IMG/VR virus record: IMGVR_UViG_3300034375_009028 | DNA from: a virus | Taxonomy: Duplodnaviria; Caudoviricetes | Reading direction: 5' to 3' (one strand) | Length of the DNA stretch: 64,000 nucleotides | Shown here: piece after piece, positions 25,204-34,762 of the stretch | How positions within the stretch are numbered: the stretch's first letter is position 1 | Layout: every line of letters begins with the position of its first letter | Position numbers and translations under genes: made by a program | Notes under the pieces: generated by a model | Database searches by the model: none | Told to the model about the DNA's origin: nothing | Seen by the model: only the letters and a program-made list of their open reading frames with translations

Positions 25204-25629
25204 TCAGTCTTTAAACTGGGCGAACCCAGTTCCAGAGTTCCATCCACCAGGACCACTCTGGAACATCTCAGATCCTCCACCAAGTTCAGGCATAGGATCA
25301 AGTTGAGTGGTAGTGTTACCACCATTTGTTGCCATTTGATACATCACCTCATGAATGTTATCAACTTCTACAGTAATACTATTAGGAGTAGAATTGTTAT
25401 GATGTTCGACATGAATGTTGTTTTCATGTTGATCAAGGTACTCTTGACCCTTTTCAGTAATGATCGGAGGTTCAAACCATGGATCATATGGAGCAATTAC
25501 AGGTGCAGGAACACCCACATATGGTTCTGGTTCTGGAATTGATTTGAGTTCTGTACAATCAACTACTTTATCGTCGATTGTACAAGTTACTTCTTCTTTT
25601 TTAAAAGGTTTGAGAATCATAAGAATCAA
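25204..25629 (-). CDS. Hypothetical protein
   Basis: ORF track; C-terminal GGSE.FQ.GP.GW motif. Confidence 0.65.
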   Translation of the reverse strand: MILMILKPFKKEEVTCTIDDKVVDCTELKSIPEPEPYVGVPAPVIAPYDPWFEPPIITEKGQEYLDQHENNIHVEHHNNSTPNSITVEVDNIHEVMYQMATNGGNTTTQLDPMPELGGGSEMFQSGPGGWNSGTGFAQFKD

Positions 25630-25635
25630 AGCAAT

Positions 25636-25809
25636 TTAATTATATCCCATGCCAGTAAGAATGGCACGTCGAGCACCCATTGCTACAAACTCATTTGGGA
25701 AGGTGCCAATTTTAATCCAATCTTCTTTCCAGTACAATGCCCATTTGGTGCTTCCCCAAACCGCCTTAACTGCGATAGGATTGTCAATGCCCAATGGATA
25801 GGGTTTCAT
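25636..25809 (-). CDS. Conserved cyanophage small protein (57 aa)
   Basis: Hand translation MKPYPLGIDNPIAVKAVWGSTKWALYWKEDWIKIGTFPNEFVAMGARRAIL. Confidence 0.7.
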   Translation of the reverse strand: MKPYPLGIDNPIAVKAVWGSTKWALYWKEDWIKIGTFPNEFVAMGARRAILTGMGYN

Positions 25810-25833
25810 GGTTGTTTTATTGGAACACAGTAA

Positions 25834-26217
25834 TTATACCACAGGATCAGCATTTAGGTAATACCCCTTCCAATCAGCAACTCTTATGCATTGATCAATG
25901 TCCCATGATAAATTCTTATTTGGATAACCATTTGAGTTTGGTTTATAAACTGTTCCAGTATCACTGTCTATGACAGCATGTAGAATGTGTCCATCTTCAT
26001 TATAGTGATAAATTCTATAATATTTTGTTCCTGAAGTATCAAGCAAAAATGAACCCAAATCAAGATTTTTATTGAGTTGCTTCTTTCTCAATTTAACTTC
26101 AAGAGTCTCACCTTCTGCTTGTTCTTTTCTACTCAATATAAACTTAGTTTGATTTCTATAGTGTGAAGTCAATTTCAAACAAAGCAGACCAGATTTGTTG
26201 AGAACATTTGAGTTCAT
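25834..26217 (-). CDS. Divergent paralogue of 24702..25142
   Basis: KYYRI..LHAVIDSDTGTVYKP...ADWKGYYL versus KYHKI..VHAFVDKKTGEVYKP...ADWAGSYL. Confidence 0.65.
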   Translation of the reverse strand: MNSNVLNKSGLLCLKLTSHYRNQTKFILSRKEQAEGETLEVKLRKKQLNKNLDLGSFLLDTSGTKYYRIYHYNEDGHILHAVIDSDTGTVYKPNSNGYPNKNLSWDIDQCIRVADWKGYYLNADPVV

Positions 26218-26245
26218 TTTCTTTATGCTTTACTGTATGTACTAT

Positions 26246-26467
26246 TTAATCTATAGTTGGTCCCCAAGCACCAGAATCTCCTGGTTTACGATTCTCAAGT
26301 TTATCCAAAAGAGAATCTGTAGTCATGATCGTATCAATTTTACCAATCATATCTGCTATACAAACACATACCATTGGTCGTTCTTGTCTAGCAGCAAATG
26401 CAAGTGCGTTGCGAAGTGATTGATTTGCCTCCTTTAGAGACTCTTCTACAGATTTTGATAATGCCAT
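26246..26467 (-). CDS. Conserved cyanophage hypothetical protein
   Basis: MALSKSVEESLKEA...LRNALAFAARQERP. Confidence 0.75.
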   Translation of the reverse strand: MALSKSVEESLKEANQSLRNALAFAARQERPMVCVCIADMIGKIDTIMTTDSLLDKLENRKPGDSGAWGPTID

Positions 26468-26485
26468 AATAATTAAGTAATAATT

Positions 26486-27652
26486 TTAAATAAACCAAGT
26501 AACGATAGAGTATCTAATACCCTCAAGAACTTTCATTATTTCATGTGGATACATGAAGTTTGAGGGGAACACTATTACAGATCCTGGTGCTGTTCTAATT
26601 TGAATTTCCCTATCAAAGAATGCCATCTCACCACCAATATAATCATCATTTAGATTGATTGACATTGATAGTGTTCTTGGATTTGCTTTGTAACTATCGG
26701 TATGTTGTCGGTAGAATCCACCAACGTTATACCTTAAAAGATCATATCCACTATCTGATTCTAGTGTAAGAGTTGGGAATTCGTCAACATATTTTTTTGC
26801 TGCAATAAATGACTTCTTAAATAACAAATCATCAATACTTTTTCTAACTTCTTGATTATTTGATATTACATCAGGTCGTGATACATTTAAAATATCACAA
26901 TTTCTTACTGTCGTAGACTCTTGACCAGTTCCTACCAATGCAGTTGTCCACTCATCACTATTACAGTATTCTTTAATAATACTGTCACATTCTTCTTTAG
27001 TAAGAATGTCATCATAGACTCTAATAAAGTCAGCAAGTGGATTTGTACTTGTAAATACTATTGTTTTCTCTGGTGGTTCTTCTCTTTGTGGTGGTTTAAT
27101 TGCATCCTCAACGTATTTGTTTTGTTTGCAAAAGTACTTTAACTTATGTGGTCCATTGACATTAACGTAATGTAAGAACAACTGAGTGCAATATTCACCA
27201 TCAAAAGCATCTCTACCATGTCTAGCAATTGTCCCCAGATAGATCATTGCATCGCCTGGTTCTAAAGAGACATGAGTTCTTGTATTATCTGGAGATTCAA
27301 TCCAAATATCCCAAGGTTTATCACAATCAAGGTTCAAGGTCAAAGATATTTCACATTCACCCTTATCAACATGACCATCTAATACATTACCATTTTGGTA
27401 TATCCTTGCATAGGAATATGTGGGAAGAACTTGCTCCCCAACCAATTGACCCACTTGTGTGTTTTTTTCTACAAGTAACTGTACAAATGGTATATGATCA
27501 AACTTAGATACACAACCCTGAACTTGAGGATCATCCTCCAAATTATGAGTTTTACTATAATGTTTGAATTCTTCTGCTAATTCTTTTGCCCGTTCCGATG
27601 ATATAAAATTGGGAATAACTAAGTAATTTTTGTCAATCAATTGTTGGTTCAT
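26486..27652 (-). CDS. Tandem two-domain 2OG-Fe(II) oxygenase (prolyl 4-hydroxylase-like C domain)
   Basis: Domain 1: PTYSYARIY..HVD..CEISLTL..HGR. Domain 2: LLRY..FYRQHTD..RTLS..LNDDY.GGE..FPSNFMYPHE..RYSIVTW. Confidence 0.85.
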   Translation of the reverse strand: MNQQLIDKNYLVIPNFISSERAKELAEEFKHYSKTHNLEDDPQVQGCVSKFDHIPFVQLLVEKNTQVGQLVGEQVLPTYSYARIYQNGNVLDGHVDKGECEISLTLNLDCDKPWDIWIESPDNTRTHVSLEPGDAMIYLGTIARHGRDAFDGEYCTQLFLHYVNVNGPHKLKYFCKQNKYVEDAIKPPQREEPPEKTIVFTSTNPLADFIRVYDDILTKEECDSIIKEYCNSDEWTTALVGTGQESTTVRNCDILNVSRPDVISNNQEVRKSIDDLLFKKSFIAAKKYVDEFPTLTLESDSGYDLLRYNVGGFYRQHTDSYKANPRTLSMSINLNDDYIGGEMAFFDREIQIRTAPGSVIVFPSNFMYPHEIMKVLEGIRYSIVTWFI

Positions 27653-27654
27653 AT

Positions 27655-28455
27655 TTAATCAGGAATTTCTGCATTTGGTACATCTTCTTCAGAAGAATCT
27701 GATATCAATTCTTCAATTTCTGGAACGATTTGTTCCGTAGGATCTTCATCAAAAAGCAATTCTAACTTAAATTCATCTTCTAGTAAAGATAAATCAATAC
27801 TACTAAAATCATCTGTCAACATCGTTTCCATTAACTCATCATCACCATCATCATCATCAAAATTTTCTTCATCAAGTTCAACTTCTTCAATAACATCTTC
27901 AAATAGACCAGGATCAACTTCAGCATCAAAGACTACTAAACTTGGACTATTTTCATCCTCAAAGACAACTTCATTTTCATCGTTTACTTCTTGTACTTTT
28001 GGTACTGAATAGAATAAACTTTCATGTGCTTCTGCTATCCTTCTATGCGCTTCATCTACTTGCCTGTCTGCATCTAATTGTGCTTGCCTTAAAGAATCCT
28101 CATGTCTCTGTTGCATTGATTCCATTCTTTCTTCAAGTTCTTGCATTACTTGTTGCCAAGAACCAACATTATTTGCTTCCTCTTCTTCTTGTCTCCTTTT
28201 TGCTTCAAGTTGAAGTTGATGCTCTTCATTAAAATGCTCAACATAACGTGTGAGCATATCCTTAGTTGCTGGAGTATTTGGAACTGGAGAATCGTACTCT
28301 ACTTCACCAGTTCCTTCAGGTGTTCCATCATCTTTCCATTGAATTGCCCACAAATGCTCAATATCAGCAAAAGGCCACTTATCTTCGGGAAAGAATATAC
28401 CTACACCATCAATACTGATATATCTATCTGCTTCAATTAAAGTGAACTTCTTCAT
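27655..28455 (-). CDS. Tail-fibre-associated (assembly chaperone-like) protein with coiled coil and acidic tail
   Basis: N-terminal ISIDG..WAIQW..GEVEY pattern seen next to phage fibre genes; D/E-rich C-terminus. Confidence 0.4.
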   Translation of the reverse strand: MKKFTLIEADRYISIDGVGIFFPEDKWPFADIEHLWAIQWKDDGTPEGTGEVEYDSPVPNTPATKDMLTRYVEHFNEEHQLQLEAKRRQEEEEANNVGSWQQVMQELEERMESMQQRHEDSLRQAQLDADRQVDEAHRRIAEAHESLFYSVPKVQEVNDENEVVFEDENSPSLVVFDAEVDPGLFEDVIEEVELDEENFDDDDGDDELMETMLTDDFSSIDLSLLEDEFKLELLFDEDPTEQIVPEIEELISDSSEEDVPNAEIPD

Positions 28456-28787
28456 TGATCGGAGACCTCTTCTACGTTTGCTTTAAGTATTTTATAATCT
28501 TGTGTATTTTGAAGCATTTGTGCTGCGGCAGACAATATATTAATATTGTTCTCATTTGCTTTTACCATCTCATTCCTGAATGACTCAACAGCAGAACTTG
28601 TAGATCTTTGCTGTTGGGAATTCTCAATCATAAGCATAGGTAACCAATTAACTGCACATTGCCACTCATCAACTGGTTCACCAGTGTTAGGATTTACTCC
28701 TCTAATTTGAGTATACCAAGAACACTCAATGCCTTTGCATTTATCCTGAATCAAAGGACAAAAATCACCCGATTTGATCTGTGCCAT
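28452..28787 (-). CDS. Cys-rich conserved phage protein
   Basis: FCPLI..KC...C.W...RG.NPNTGE.VDEW.CA..WLP.L.IENSQQQRST..AVESFRNEMV. Confidence 0.7.
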   Translation of the reverse strand: MAQIKSGDFCPLIQDKCKGIECSWYTQIRGVNPNTGEPVDEWQCAVNWLPMLMIENSQQQRSTSSAVESFRNEMVKANENNINILSAAAQMLQNTQDYKILKANVEEVSDQ

Positions 28788-28822
28788 ATTTTAAAATACA
28801 TTCAATAAAATTATAACAGTAT

Positions 28823-29458
28823 TTAGTCTATTGAGCAAAGTATAACATTAATATATTGCACTTCCATAGCAACAGTAGCACTACTTGCAATATTAGTAAA
28901 TGTAACAGTTCCACTAAATGGATGTCTATGAGCACCACCTCCTGTAGACTCAACCATTCCACCAGTGGCAACAGTTCCACTTCTAACTCTTGCACCAGCA
29001 TTACTAAATGGAGTAGCGTTAGAACCAGATGTTCCCGCAAGTGTTCCTGTATGTGTGTGATTTGGTATTTGACTTAAAGCAAGAGTTGTATTTCCAACAT
29101 TGGCAGCAAGTGGAACAGGAATACTTACAGGAAATGTTCCACTATAAGTTTGGAATAAATTTGGAGAAGTTCCCCCCAATATTGTACTGAATGATGAACC
29201 TAATGTTCCTTGAACTCCACCAGTTCCCCAACTACCACCAGTAGTTGTGCTGTTTACAACTCTCAAAGCAAGATCATTGATGTTAGTATTAACTGGTCCT
29301 GGAGCAGTTGCAGTAGTAACTTGTGTCCATCCAGTTGGAGCAGATGCCTGATAGAATAGTTTTTTAGTTCCTTGTGGATACAACCAATAATAACTGTTAA
29401 TAGAATTAGCAGGATCTGCCAGATCAAATTGTATCCCAGTGTTTGTTAATCTTGCCAT
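28823..29458 (-). CDS. Tail-collar/short fibre tip-like protein
   Basis: FYQASAPTGWTQ..ALRVV..TTLALSQIPNHTH..AHRHPFSG..YINVILCS; HxH metal motifs of fibre tips. Confidence 0.7.
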   Translation of the reverse strand: MARLTNTGIQFDLADPANSINSYYWLYPQGTKKLFYQASAPTGWTQVTTATAPGPVNTNINDLALRVVNSTTTGGSWGTGGVQGTLGSSFSTILGGTSPNLFQTYSGTFPVSIPVPLAANVGNTTLALSQIPNHTHTGTLAGTSGSNATPFSNAGARVRSGTVATGGMVESTGGGAHRHPFSGTVTFTNIASSATVAMEVQYINVILCSID

Positions 29459-29465
29459 GATACTA

Positions 29466-30005
29466 TCAATTAAAACTGCAGATAATTACATCAATATATT
29501 GCAAATTCATATTCATAGTACCAGTACCAGTGGTTGTAAAATTTATCTCTCCTGAGAATGGGTGATCATGAGATTGACCGATTGTAGGAGAAACAACACC
29601 ACCAGTTGCATTTGTTCCTGATATTCTAAACGTGCCCGTTCCACCTGCTGCACTAGCAGTTCCACCAGTTAAAGAATCGTGAGTGTGATCTGGAATTTCA
29701 CTTACAGCAAGAGTATGTCCACCAACAGTACCACTAACTGGAACTATTGCACTAAAATTAAGAGTAACTGTTCTAGCAGCATTTGGAAATATTGACGAGA
29801 ATACAGTAGCACCACCAAATCCACCTCCAGGTCCACTTACAACTCTTAACGCTCTATCATTATAAGAGGTATCCTGAGTCCATCCAGTTGGAGCAGATGC
29901 TTGAAAAAACACTCCTACAGTACTCTGAGGTATTACATCATATTTTGTAGTTAATGACGTACCATCAGGAAATGTTATCCCCGTAGACGTTAATATTGCA
30001 GCCAT
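29466..30005 (-). CDS. Tail-collar/short fibre tip-like protein (paralogue of 28823..29458)
   Basis: FFQASAPTGWTQ..ALRVV..HTLAVSEIPDHTH..SHDHPFSG..YIDVIICS. Confidence 0.7.
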   Translation of the reverse strand: MAAILTSTGITFPDGTSLTTKYDVIPQSTVGVFFQASAPTGWTQDTSYNDRALRVVSGPGGGFGGATVFSSIFPNAARTVTLNFSAIVPVSGTVGGHTLAVSEIPDHTHDSLTGGTASAAGGTGTFRISGTNATGGVVSPTIGQSHDHPFSGEINFTTTGTGTMNMNLQYIDVIICSFN

Positions 30006-30033
30006 CTTTTAAATAATAACCTTTTAATATTCT

Positions 30034-30041
30034 TATTTATA
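30034..30041 (-). promoter_or_regulatory. T4-type late promoter TATAAATA
   Basis: Exact match 29 nt upstream of the 30005 start. Confidence 0.85.
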
Positions 30042-30048
30042 GATGCTG

Positions 30049-30402
30049 TTATTCTTTAAACCAAAAACCATCAGCACTCATAGTCCAACCATCAGCAACC
30101 ATTTCATCATAAGTTTTATTCCTATCAGGTTGCCAGTAGTGCTCAGACTTCTCAGACTTCTCTTCCAAACACTTACCGTCGTTCTTTTTATACAGTTTAC
30201 GGCACTTTTTTACTTCTTTTAATTCGTCTTTGATACGTTGATATGATTCTTCTGGAGTAATCTTGCGGGACATTTCCATAGCAATAATCACATCAACTCT
30301 TGTTCCAAAGTGCTTTAATGCTTCTTCAAAGCAATTTAGTTCTTCGTACATTTTATCTGTAGATGTAAGGATCTCTGTTTTTATTTTTAAGTCTTTGAAC
30401 AA
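30049..30402 (-). CDS. Conserved cyanophage hypothetical protein
   Basis: MYEELNCFEEALKHFGTRV..I.AME....I..E..YQ.IK.E pattern; start may be downstream. Confidence 0.7.
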   Translation of the reverse strand: MFKDLKIKTEILTSTDKMYEELNCFEEALKHFGTRVDVIIAMEMSRKITPEESYQRIKDELKEVKKCRKLYKKNDGKCLEEKSEKSEHYWQPDRNKTYDEMVADGWTMSADGFWFKE

Positions 30403-30434
30403 AATTTCTAATTCTATTCAAAATCTTTTTTATC

Positions 30435-30662
30435 TTATTCTTCATTTTGTTTTTTATTGAATCCAAATGGTTGATTTTCTATCTCTTTTTGAACGCGAAG
30501 TTTTTGTGCTAATCCACAAATTTGTTCCATAGATTTAAGAACATCTTCTGCTTTACATTCCAAACCTTGATCATAAAGATCTTCTTTTACAATAGAAAAC
30601 AGTTCAAAGAACTGTTTAGATGCTGCTGTTACTTCTTCAGGAGTCAGTGGTTTGTTGTTCAT
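30435..30662 (-). CDS. Conserved cyanophage hypothetical protein
   Basis: KPLTPEEV...F.ELF..V...K.ED.LK.ME...LA.KLR..PFGFNK. Confidence 0.7.
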   Translation of the reverse strand: MNNKPLTPEEVTAASKQFFELFSIVKEDLYDQGLECKAEDVLKSMEQICGLAQKLRVQKEIENQPFGFNKKQNEE

Positions 30663-30771
30663 TTGCTTTACTCACAGTTTCATGTAGTTGCTTCAATGCT
30701 TCAATAGTTTCTGGGGTCTCTTCCCATTCCCAAGTATCTCCAGACTTGGTTACAAATTGTCTAGTAGTCAT
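30637..30771 (-). CDS. Small conserved hypothetical protein (44 aa)
   Basis: Hand translation MTTRQFVTKSGDTWEWEETPETIEALKQLHE. Confidence 0.65.
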   Translation of the reverse strand: MTTRQFVTKSGDTWEWEETPETIEALKQLHETVSKANEQQTTDS

Positions 30772-30800
30772 AAATCCCAATCATTGACAAATCAATTTTA

Positions 30801-31532
30801 TCACAAACTCATAGATTCTGCAATATACTTTGCAATCTTCTCATTAGTAACAGTTCCAGAATGAACACAATCTCTTGCAGAATCAACCTTCTTAATAAAC
30901 TTACATTCTGGTATTATATTCTTATTTGACGGGAATAATGTAAAATCAGAATACCTTATTTTATTCCATAATTGAATTGCATTAATCCTAGTCAACTTTA
31001 AAAACGATTCTGCATGAGAATCAAATAATCTCCAAGATTTGCCCAAACTAGCAATATCGTCATTCCAACTACCACAATGAACTACCTTATCATTCAAATA
31101 CAATGGACATCTTAGATAGGAAGACCAACCAAAAACAACACCAATAGGATTTGGTAAAGACTCTAACATCATTAAAGAATTGTGCAATGAGAACATTGGA
31201 GAAGAACCAGGAACTCCCATATTTACAACATTCACTTTTGACATATCAGAAAGATGATAAGATATTGTCTCATCTTCAGATACCCCAACCCCAAAAACAT
31301 GAGAGCAACCAAATATAACTATTGATTTTGCCCAGTTTATATCTTTAAATTCTTTAGTCCTATACCCATGAGAATTTGTAAAGTATCTAACTATTTTATT
31401 CCTATAAGTCCAATTTGTTGGTTGAGTCTTTAAATTCTTTTTATATAATGCTTTACTATCCTGATCAAACCAATTTGCATCTTCAACCTTATCTTCTATC
31501 GGAAAGAATTTTAAATCCTCTATATTTTTCAT
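30801..31532 (-). CDS. SGNH/GDSL hydrolase-fold protein
   Basis: NSHGYR, IFGCSHVFGVG (block I), NMGVPGSS (block II), RDCVHSG (DxxH). Confidence 0.7.
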   Translation of the reverse strand: MKNIEDLKFFPIEDKVEDANWFDQDSKALYKKNLKTQPTNWTYRNKIVRYFTNSHGYRTKEFKDINWAKSIVIFGCSHVFGVGVSEDETISYHLSDMSKVNVVNMGVPGSSPMFSLHNSLMMLESLPNPIGVVFGWSSYLRCPLYLNDKVVHCGSWNDDIASLGKSWRLFDSHAESFLKLTRINAIQLWNKIRYSDFTLFPSNKNIIPECKFIKKVDSARDCVHSGTVTNEKIAKYIAESMSL

Positions 31533-32953
31533 GAAAATATCTTTACTTTATTTTCCTTTGACCATCTGATACAATCATCTTCATCATTTAATATTGGTTC
31601 ACCCTTAATGTTCAAACTAGTATTTAAGAGGATTGGATGACCAGTTTGCTTTCCCCAACGTAAAAGAAGATCATGTAACCTTGGAGCATCAGACTTTTTA
31701 ACTGTTTGTACTCTACTAGTATTATCAACATGAACAATGCCAGGGAACTTTTCTGGCATCTTACACTTTACAGCATATTGCATAAAAGGACTCTCAACCA
31801 TATCCTCATGCATGTCAAAATACTTCGATGCATACTCAATTGGAACTACTGGTGAGAATGGTCTAAAAGGTTCCCTTTTCTTTATTCTATTTGCAACATC
31901 TTTTATATTTCTAAATGTAGCATCTCCAATTAAACTCCTAGCACCTAATGCCCTAGGTCCAAACTCTGCTCTACCTCTAGCAACACCACAAATTCTATGC
32001 TTAGTTAAGTAATTAACAATATCGGCATTAGTATCTTTGTGCAATATCTTATAACCAATATAGGGAGTAAAGTTAATCTTTACCTTTTTATGTGCAAGAA
32101 CGGCACCTATTGCAGAACCAGCGTCTCCTGGTGCGGGAATGATCCAAACGTTTTTATAATAATCATATGCATTGATATTTGCTACACAGTTTAAAGCACA
32201 ACCACCAACCAATGTAAGATTATCAGATTTTATGAGTCTTTTTGCCTTTGTCAGTATAGTTTTAAATAACAATTCATAAACCTCTTGGGTTGCAGCAGCA
32301 ATATCTTCAACAGACTCTTCAGGTCTCCAATCCAAACAACCTTTATGAAAATTTCTTTTACAGTTAAAGTTTAAGTCTATCAGCTCATCTATAATTGCAT
32401 CTTTTAATTTATTTTTATCTCCAAATGCAGATAATGCCATTAAGATATACTCTTCTTCATTTGGTTTAAATCCACAACGTTGCGTCATTGCAGAATACCA
32501 AAGACCTATACTATTTGGATATGTAAGTTTATACTTTAATTTTAACTCTTTTTTATATGCTTCCCAAATACTTAAAGTAGTAAATTCACCAATAGCATCA
32601 ATAACAACTACGGCAGAATGATGGAATTTACTGGTAAAATGACCAGCAGATGCATGACTATAGTGATGATCTATAAACTTATGCTTACATTCAAAATATT
32701 TTTTAAAATTTTGAATGCCAAATCCTTGTCCTGCGGTTACCTGTCTTAGTTTTTTCTTAAGTGGGTTTTCGTACCAACAAACTAATTCAGGTTTACCATA
32801 TGCAAGAGCATGATGTATTAATGACTCTGGTATATCAGGGTCATTTTTTATTTTACTAAATCTTTCACTCTCACTAGCAAAAACTAATGTATCATTAGAA
32901 AAAACAGATAATGCTGCATTGTGACTATTTGCAGATATTCCCCAGGTAATCAT
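31529..32953 (-). CDS. Carbamoyltransferase (NodU/CmcH/TobZ family)
   Basis: DHHYSHA, VIDAIGE, GGCALNCVAN, PAPGDAGSAIGA, GRAEFGPRALGARS, IKKREPFRPFSP, LLNTSLN; both domains present. Confidence 0.92.
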   Translation of the reverse strand: MITWGISANSHNAALSVFSNDTLVFASESERFSKIKNDPDIPESLIHHALAYGKPELVCWYENPLKKKLRQVTAGQGFGIQNFKKYFECKHKFIDHHYSHASAGHFTSKFHHSAVVVIDAIGEFTTLSIWEAYKKELKLKYKLTYPNSIGLWYSAMTQRCGFKPNEEEYILMALSAFGDKNKLKDAIIDELIDLNFNCKRNFHKGCLDWRPEESVEDIAAATQEVYELLFKTILTKAKRLIKSDNLTLVGGCALNCVANINAYDYYKNVWIIPAPGDAGSAIGAVLAHKKVKINFTPYIGYKILHKDTNADIVNYLTKHRICGVARGRAEFGPRALGARSLIGDATFRNIKDVANRIKKREPFRPFSPVVPIEYASKYFDMHEDMVESPFMQYAVKCKMPEKFPGIVHVDNTSRVQTVKKSDAPRLHDLLLRWGKQTGHPILLNTSLNIKGEPILNDEDDCIRWSKENKVKIFS

Positions 32954-32966
32954 AATTTACCTCCTT

Positions 32967-33218
32967 TTACAATTTACCTCCAACATAACTATCCCCAACC
33001 ACTCTTGTATATTGATCAAGAGTTCCTTCCTGTTCACATTTAAGATGCCAGCGTGTCATATGAATCACTGCCTCTTTAGTAACACCAAACAAAAAGTCTT
33101 TGCCAGTATCTTTACGAACACTCTTCCACATGAATCTGGTTTGTTCTACATAGAATGCATCATCAATCCATTCTACTTCAGCGATTTCAGGATGTTCATT
33201 TTTAATATCTTCACTCAT
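32967..33218 (-). CDS. Conserved cyanophage hypothetical protein
   Basis: WIDDAFYVEQTRFMWKSV..LFG.TK..V..MTRWHLKC.QEG. Confidence 0.75.
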   Translation of the reverse strand: MSEDIKNEHPEIAEVEWIDDAFYVEQTRFMWKSVRKDTGKDFLFGVTKEAVIHMTRWHLKCEQEGTLDQYTRVVGDSYVGGKL

Positions 33219-34044
33219 TTAAATTCTCCCAATAACTAACAGGTAATGTTGGATCTTTTTTAATATAGGGTTCTAATGTATTTGCTGGGCACATAGAACA
33301 GAATAATTCATCTTCTTTTGATAGAAATTCGATTAATTCTTTATCAGTACAGTTGTAATCGAGTGGTTTATATTTTAGATAGTAATTCCACTTTGAGTTC
33401 AATTTGTATTTATTGGATTGCATTGGTAAGTATGCCAAAGGTGGACACTTCCATAACTTACCTTCATGAAGTTGTATAGCATGTTTTGATATACATTTTT
33501 CCCAACTTAACCTTGGATTATCATCTTCATATGGCATCATATTACTGCCATATCCTTTGTATTGGGGTATCCAATGTTTGTTTGTAAAATCCCAAAATTC
33601 AACATGAACTCCCAAATCATGTCTCCATGACTTAGCAAGTTCATAACCTCTTTTGAATTTTTTAGCGTAATTTTTATCCTTAATACTGTGGATAGATATT
33701 GCTAAGTTTGTTTTTGTTGCCAATAATGCTTGAGGGAGTCTAGGGTGTTTATGTAAAAAACTAGCATTTGATACTAAATCTATTTTAATTGATGGATCAG
33801 GATATATCATCCTGATCAAGTATATAATGTCTGTTAAGTCGTTGTTTAATGTTGGTTCTCCACCTAAGATGACAAATGTATCAGGCACCACCCTTTGACC
33901 CCAATTATATAGCCATTCTCTAGCAGTATCTAATGACAAGTTGCCAAAGTGTCCATGATTAGAATAATGAGAGCAACCCTCACAAGTAAAATTACATGCA
34001 TGAGTAACATGCAATTCTATTTGTCTGGTCTTAATCTGATTCAT
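33211..34044 (-). CDS. Radical SAM protein
   Basis: CNFTCEGC (CxxxCxxC), LGGEPTLN, and C-terminal KC...KCP...CSMC auxiliary-cluster cysteines. Confidence 0.9.
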   Translation of the reverse strand: MNQIKTRQIELHVTHACNFTCEGCSHYSNHGHFGNLSLDTAREWLYNWGQRVVPDTFVILGGEPTLNNDLTDIIYLIRMIYPDPSIKIDLVSNASFLHKHPRLPQALLATKTNLAISIHSIKDKNYAKKFKRGYELAKSWRHDLGVHVEFWDFTNKHWIPQYKGYGSNMMPYEDDNPRLSWEKCISKHAIQLHEGKLWKCPPLAYLPMQSNKYKLNSKWNYYLKYKPLDYNCTDKELIEFLSKEDELFCSMCPANTLEPYIKKDPTLPVSYWENLNE

Positions 34045-34222
34045 TTTTCTTTTTTCTTGGTTTGGATAATTTATATTCCCTTTTTGTTAGTCCATACCTT
34101 TTGATATACTTATCTGCATGAGATATATCAGCAAAAAAACATAGTTCTGTAGTTATCTTTTTAGATTTAATATCAAGTCTGATTGGCATAGATTTATAAG
34201 GAAATTTAGATTCACCCATCAA
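34031..34222 (-). CDS. Hypothetical protein
   Basis: ORF track; FPYKSMPIRL..LCFF....H..KYIKRY.L. Confidence 0.65.
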   Translation of the reverse strand: MMGESKFPYKSMPIRLDIKSKKITTELCFFADISHADKYIKRYGLTKREYKLSKPRKKKNESD

Positions 34223-34760
34223 TAAGTCCTCGATTAATCAAATGTTCAGAAACTTGCTCAAAAGATTTATCTTTGATTTGTAAGGATAAAAACTTTCTAT
34301 CAATCACATCACTGTCAAAAAAGGACTTTACAGAGTGTGGTTTAGTGACATCTAATAAAACAATATCACCAATTTTTGCAATGAATTTATCTACTTTTTT
34401 AAAGTAATCGTGAAAAAATAACGCATTTTCAACATCATCACTTAGATTTTTTGTGTCAACATCATGTCTCATTTCATAAAAATGCGTAACACATCTATCA
34501 GTTTTTAAATAAAAATTTATTGAGCATTTAACATCCAAATCTACATGAACTGGAATAGATGTGTTGATTTCAACTAGTGACCATCTAATTTTTGAATCTT
34601 CTGGAATATATGATGCAAATGAGTCGCTATCCACATTTACATCATAGTATATCATACCCCTCAATCCCGATGGAGTATCAATACAGTAGTCCATTCTAGA
34701 ATTTAGTTTTCTATAGTATGGATCATAATCAAGTTTTTTATTTAATTTGCGGTAAAACAT
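34212..34760 (-). CDS. Probable 2OG-Fe(II)/cupin-fold oxygenase
   Basis: IPVHVD (HxD), CSINFY, VLLDVTKPHSV (distal His), RKFLSL. Confidence 0.55.
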   Translation of the reverse strand: MFYRKLNKKLDYDPYYRKLNSRMDYCIDTPSGLRGMIYYDVNVDSDSFASYIPEDSKIRWSLVEINTSIPVHVDLDVKCSINFYLKTDRCVTHFYEMRHDVDTKNLSDDVENALFFHDYFKKVDKFIAKIGDIVLLDVTKPHSVKSFFDSDVIDRKFLSLQIKDKSFEQVSEHLINRGLIDG

Positions 34761-34762
34761 AA

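Noticed and set aside
27760-27960. Asp/Glu-rich low-complexity tract (TCA repeats)
   Set aside because: Ordinary acidic protein tail, not a separate element.
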